Below, piece by piece: positions 61,745-64,000 of a stretch of 64,000 nt of DNA. Below the pieces are notes generated by a model. That model ran no database searches and was not told where the DNA came from. It worked only from the letters and a program-made list of their open reading frames with translations. The stretch is from Deltaproteobacteria bacterium ADurb.Bin151 (GTDB lineage Bacteria; Desulfobacterota; Syntrophia; Syntrophales; Smithellaceae). The position numbers were made by a program, and so were the translations under genes. The stretch's first letter is position 1; each line of letters begins with the position of its first letter. The stretch is taken from the NCBI GenBank assembly GCA_002070455.1, contig MWDG01000010.1:4-64003 (forward strand), read 5' to 3'.

Positions 61745-62446
61745 TTAACCCGCGCTCTTGACATCCAGCGGATCAATTTTCACACCTGCACCCATCGTGC
61801 TGGATATCGAAATACTTCTAATATAGGTCCCTTTGCTGGACGCGGGTTTCAATTTGATAATGGTTTCAAGAAGCGCATTGATGTTTTCACGCAATTTTTC
61901 TGCACCAAAAGACATCTTGCCCACCGGAGAATGAACGATACCCGCTTTTTCCACACGGAATTCCACTTTGCCTGCCTTGAGCTCTTTCACGGCATTGGCA
62001 ATCTCAAAGGTAACCGTTCCGACTTTCGGATTAGGCATTAAACCTCTCGGACCTAATATTTTGGCGATTTTACCGACGGAACCCATCATGTCCGGTGTTG
62101 CGATCACACGGTCGAATTCCAGCCAACCGCCTTTTATCTTTTCAATGATCTCTTCATTGCCGACTAAATCCGCACCGGCTTCCAAGGCCTCTTTTTCTTT
62201 ATCGCCTTTGGCGAAAACCAGCACTCGCACCGTTTTCCCCAGACCATTGGGAAGAACGACACTGCCCCGAACCATCTGATCGGCATGAGCCGGATTGACT
62301 CCCAGACGAACAGCAGCGTCCACCGTCTCGTCAAATTTCGCACCCGGCATTGATACAATCATTTCTGTAGCCTCTTTAAGCGTATAGCGCTTGGTTGGCT
62401 CAACTTTCGTTTTTGCGGCTGTTATGCGTTTGCCTCTTTTTAACAT
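61745..62446 (-). CDS. rplA: 50S ribosomal protein L1
   Basis: 233 aa with family-typical [15 protein letters not shown]. Confidence 0.95.
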   Translation of the reverse strand: MLKRGKRITAAKTKVEPTKRYTLKEATEMIVSMPGAKFDETVDAAVRLGVNPAHADQMVRGSVVLPNGLGKTVRVLVFAKGDKEKEALEAGADLVGNEEIIEKIKGGWLEFDRVIATPDMMGSVGKIAKILGPRGLMPNPKVGTVTFEIANAVKELKAGKVEFRVEKAGIVHSPVGKMSFGAEKLRENINALLETIIKLKPASSKGTYIRSISISSTMGAGVKIDPLDVKSAG

Positions 62447-62464
62447 GATAAAAAACCTCTTTTA

Positions 62465-62890
62465 TTAACCTGTGATTTCAATTCCCATTGACCTTGCCGT
62501 ACCGGCAATAATCTTGACCGCGCCTTCTATATTGACGGCGTTCAAATCATTGAATTTTAACTGCGCAATCTCCTGAACCTGCTTGGACGTAACACTTCCC
62601 ACTTTTTCTCTTTTGGGATCCGCCGCACCCTTGGCAACTTTGGCGACCTGTTTAAGCAGTACAGAAGCCGGCGGCGTTTTGGTGATAAACGTGAACGACC
62701 GGTCCGCATAAACCGTAATGACGACAGGAATGATCATGCCTTCCTGATTTTGTGTCAAAGCATTGTAGGCTTTGCAAAACTCCATAATGTTCACGCCGTG
62801 CTGCCCCAGCGCAGGTCCGATCGGAGGGGATGGCGTTGCCTTTCCCGCTTTAATCTGCAATTTAATATTCGCAATAACTTTTTTTGCCAT
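62465..62890 (-). CDS. rplK: 50S ribosomal protein L11
   Basis: Starts at [38 protein letters not shown] lies 5 nt after AGGTGA. Confidence 0.95.
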   Translation of the reverse strand: MAKKVIANIKLQIKAGKATPSPPIGPALGQHGVNIMEFCKAYNALTQNQEGMIIPVVITVYADRSFTFITKTPPASVLLKQVAKVAKGAADPKREKVGSVTSKQVQEIAQLKFNDLNAVNIEGAVKIIAGTARSMGIEITG

Positions 62891-62951
62891 AACAATCACC
62901 TGATCTAAAATTTTTTAGGCCTGAACTCTGCGCCTTGAAATCCATTAATCT

Positions 62952-63485
62952 TTATTGTCCCTGCGTTACCTGGATAAAATCCAGCTCCACCGGCGTCGGT
63001 CTCCCAAAAATGCTGACGATCACCCGCAGCTTGCTTTTTTCGGGCCTGACTTCGTCAATAACACCGTCAAAATTCGTAAAAGGTCCGTCAATGATTTTTA
63101 CATGATCTCCAACGTCAAACTTGAACTTCGGCTTCGGTTTCAGTGTTCCTTCGTCAATTCTTACCTTCAGATTCTCAACGTCTTTGTCTGGAATCGGGGA
63201 AGGTTTATCCTTGCTGCCTATAAAACCGGTCACTTTGGGTGTGTTTTTTACGATATGCCAGTTTTCATCGCTCATTTCCATGCGTACAAGAATGTACCCC
63301 GGGAAAAATTTTCGCTTTGATGTTTTTTTCTCCCCGGATATCAGTTCAACGACATCTTCTTCCGGGATAAGAATATCGGAAAAAGAATCCTGCGCACCGG
63401 CAAGTTCGATCCTTTCCTGAAGGCTCAATTTAACCTTATTCTCGAATCCTGAATAAGTATGTACGACGTACCATTTAAAAGCCAT
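62952..63485 (-). CDS. nusG: Transcription termination/antitermination factor NusG
   Basis: 177 aa starting [18 protein letters not shown], with a KOW motif ([11 protein letters not shown]). Confidence 0.95.
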   Translation of the reverse strand: MAFKWYVVHTYSGFENKVKLSLQERIELAGAQDSFSDILIPEEDVVELISGEKKTSKRKFFPGYILVRMEMSDENWHIVKNTPKVTGFIGSKDKPSPIPDKDVENLKVRIDEGTLKPKPKFKFDVGDHVKIIDGPFTNFDGVIDEVRPEKSKLRVIVSIFGRPTPVELDFIQVTQGQ

Positions 63486-63489
63486 GAAG

Positions 63490-63693
63490 TTAACCTAATA
63501 TAAACTTTACGAGTTTGGCGAGAATGAAGTCAATGACCCCCAGATAAACAGCCGTGATCGCAACAATCACCATAACAACGCCGGTAGAAGCCAATGTCTG
63601 TTGCCTGGTCGGCCAGGTAACTTTCTTCAACTCGGCCTTAGCCTGAGAAACAAACTGCGTTGCTTTATCCACAAACAATTTGATTTTTTCCAT
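63490..63693 (-). CDS. secE: Preprotein translocase subunit SecE
   Basis: Starts at MEKIKLF...; 67 aa with ELKKVTWPTRQQ followed by a single TM helix. The longer track ORF would overlap tRNA-Trp. Confidence 0.9.
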   Translation of the reverse strand: MEKIKLFVDKATQFVSQAKAELKKVTWPTRQQTLASTGVVMVIVAITAVYLGVIDFILAKLVKFILG

Positions 63694-63720
63694 ATCTTCA
63701 GCCCTTTTTTCAAGGAAAAC

Positions 63721-63797
63721 TGGCAGGCCAGGAGGGACTTGAACCCCCAGCATCCGGATTTGGAGTCCGGCGCTCTATCCATTAGAGCTACTGGCCT
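63721..63797 (-). tRNA. tRNA-Trp (anticodon CCA)
   Basis: The reverse complement folds as a cloverleaf. Acceptor is AGGCCAG/CTGGCCT, D-arm GCTC/GAGC, and anticodon stem CCGGA/TCCGG with loop CTCCAAA. T-loop is TTCAAGT, discriminator is G, and CCA is encoded. Confidence 0.9.
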
Positions 63798-63810
63798 GTG
63801 CCTGTTTCCG

Positions 63811-63960
63811 CTACTTTGTTTCCCTGTGCAGTTTGTGTCCACGGCAAAACTTGCAGTATTTTTTCATTTCCAGGCGGTTTTGCATCGTGCGCTTATTTTT
63901 TGTTGTCGTATAATTTCTCTGCTTGCATTCCGTGCAGGCTAAAATAATATTGTTTCGCAT
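63811..63960 (-). CDS. rpmG: 50S ribosomal protein L33 (zinc form; not in ORF track)
   Basis: Translates to [49 protein letters not shown], 49 aa. Confidence 0.9.
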   Translation of the reverse strand: MRNNIILACTECKQRNYTTTKNKRTMQNRLEMKKYCKFCRGHKLHRETK

Positions 63961-63973
63961 AATTCTCCTTCAC

Positions 63974-64000
63974 TGGAGCCCACGACCAGGATTGAACTGG
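63974..64000 (-). tRNA. 3' part of a tRNA gene truncated by the window edge (identity undetermined)
   Basis: The reverse complement ends ...CCAGTTCAATCCTGGT-CGTGGGC-T-CCA: T-arm, 7-nt acceptor 3' strand, discriminator U and encoded CCA. Synteny suggests Thr, but the anticodon lies outside the window. Confidence 0.6.

Noticed and set aside
63694-63753. N-terminal extension of the secE track ORF
   Set aside because: It overlaps the tRNA-Trp gene. The internal ATG at 63693 gives a normal-length SecE.
1-64000. Searched by eye for CRISPR arrays, rRNA, transposase/integrase/phage genes, toxin-antitoxin pairs and known defence-system signatures
   Set aside because: None was found. All large ORFs are accounted for by housekeeping or Pho genes, and there are no regularly spaced direct repeats.

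Overview
A 64-kb chromosomal segment from a diderm (Gram-negative) bacterium. Gene content suggests an anaerobic Desulfobacterota/deltaproteobacterial-type genome, but that is inference only. Most of the window is conserved core genome. (1) tolQ-tolR-tolA-tolB-pal-cpoB lies on the + strand (154-5164). Apart from two small + strand ORFs at about 17.9-19.0 kb, every other gene is on the - strand. (2) Envelope and housekeeping block (5.3-17.6 kb): LolB-like lipoprotein, TPR protein, YibQ-like protein, S41 C-terminal protease, cysS, argC, rpsI, rplM, lptD, folC. (3) A small accessory-looking islet (17.6-25.6 kb): two orphan small ORFs, an acyl-CoA dehydrogenase, a translationally coupled HEAT-repeat/HD-GYP pair, an AT-rich 436-bp spacer and a DUF169 gene. 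(4) A single-strand Pho block (25.7-35.2 kb): porin, EF-Tu-domain-II-like protein, phoB, pstS, arsC-like, pstC, pstA, pstB, phoU, phoR. It has recognisable Pho boxes upstream of the porin and pstS. (5) The complete ribosomal/transcription supercluster (35.3-64.0 kb): tRNA, rpmG, tRNA-Trp, secE, nusG, rplKAJL, rpoBC, rpsLG, tuf, then the S10-spc-alpha genes through rplQ. I found no rRNA, CRISPR array, transposase, integrase or phage genes, and no recognisable defence or toxin-antitoxin module. I also do not see a convincing new multi-gene system. The most unusual items are listed here. First, an ArsC-type reductase embedded in pstSCAB. Second, a triple Pho-box promoter on a porin. Third, the HEAT/HD-GYP pair, whose N-terminal modules look similar by eye. 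Fourth, an orphan protein with a histone-like Lys-rich tail, plus an unlisted 57-aa ORF flanked by long gene-free DNA. Fifth, the absence of fusA and adk from their canonical slots. All functional calls rest on by-eye motif and family recognition plus synteny. No database search was run.
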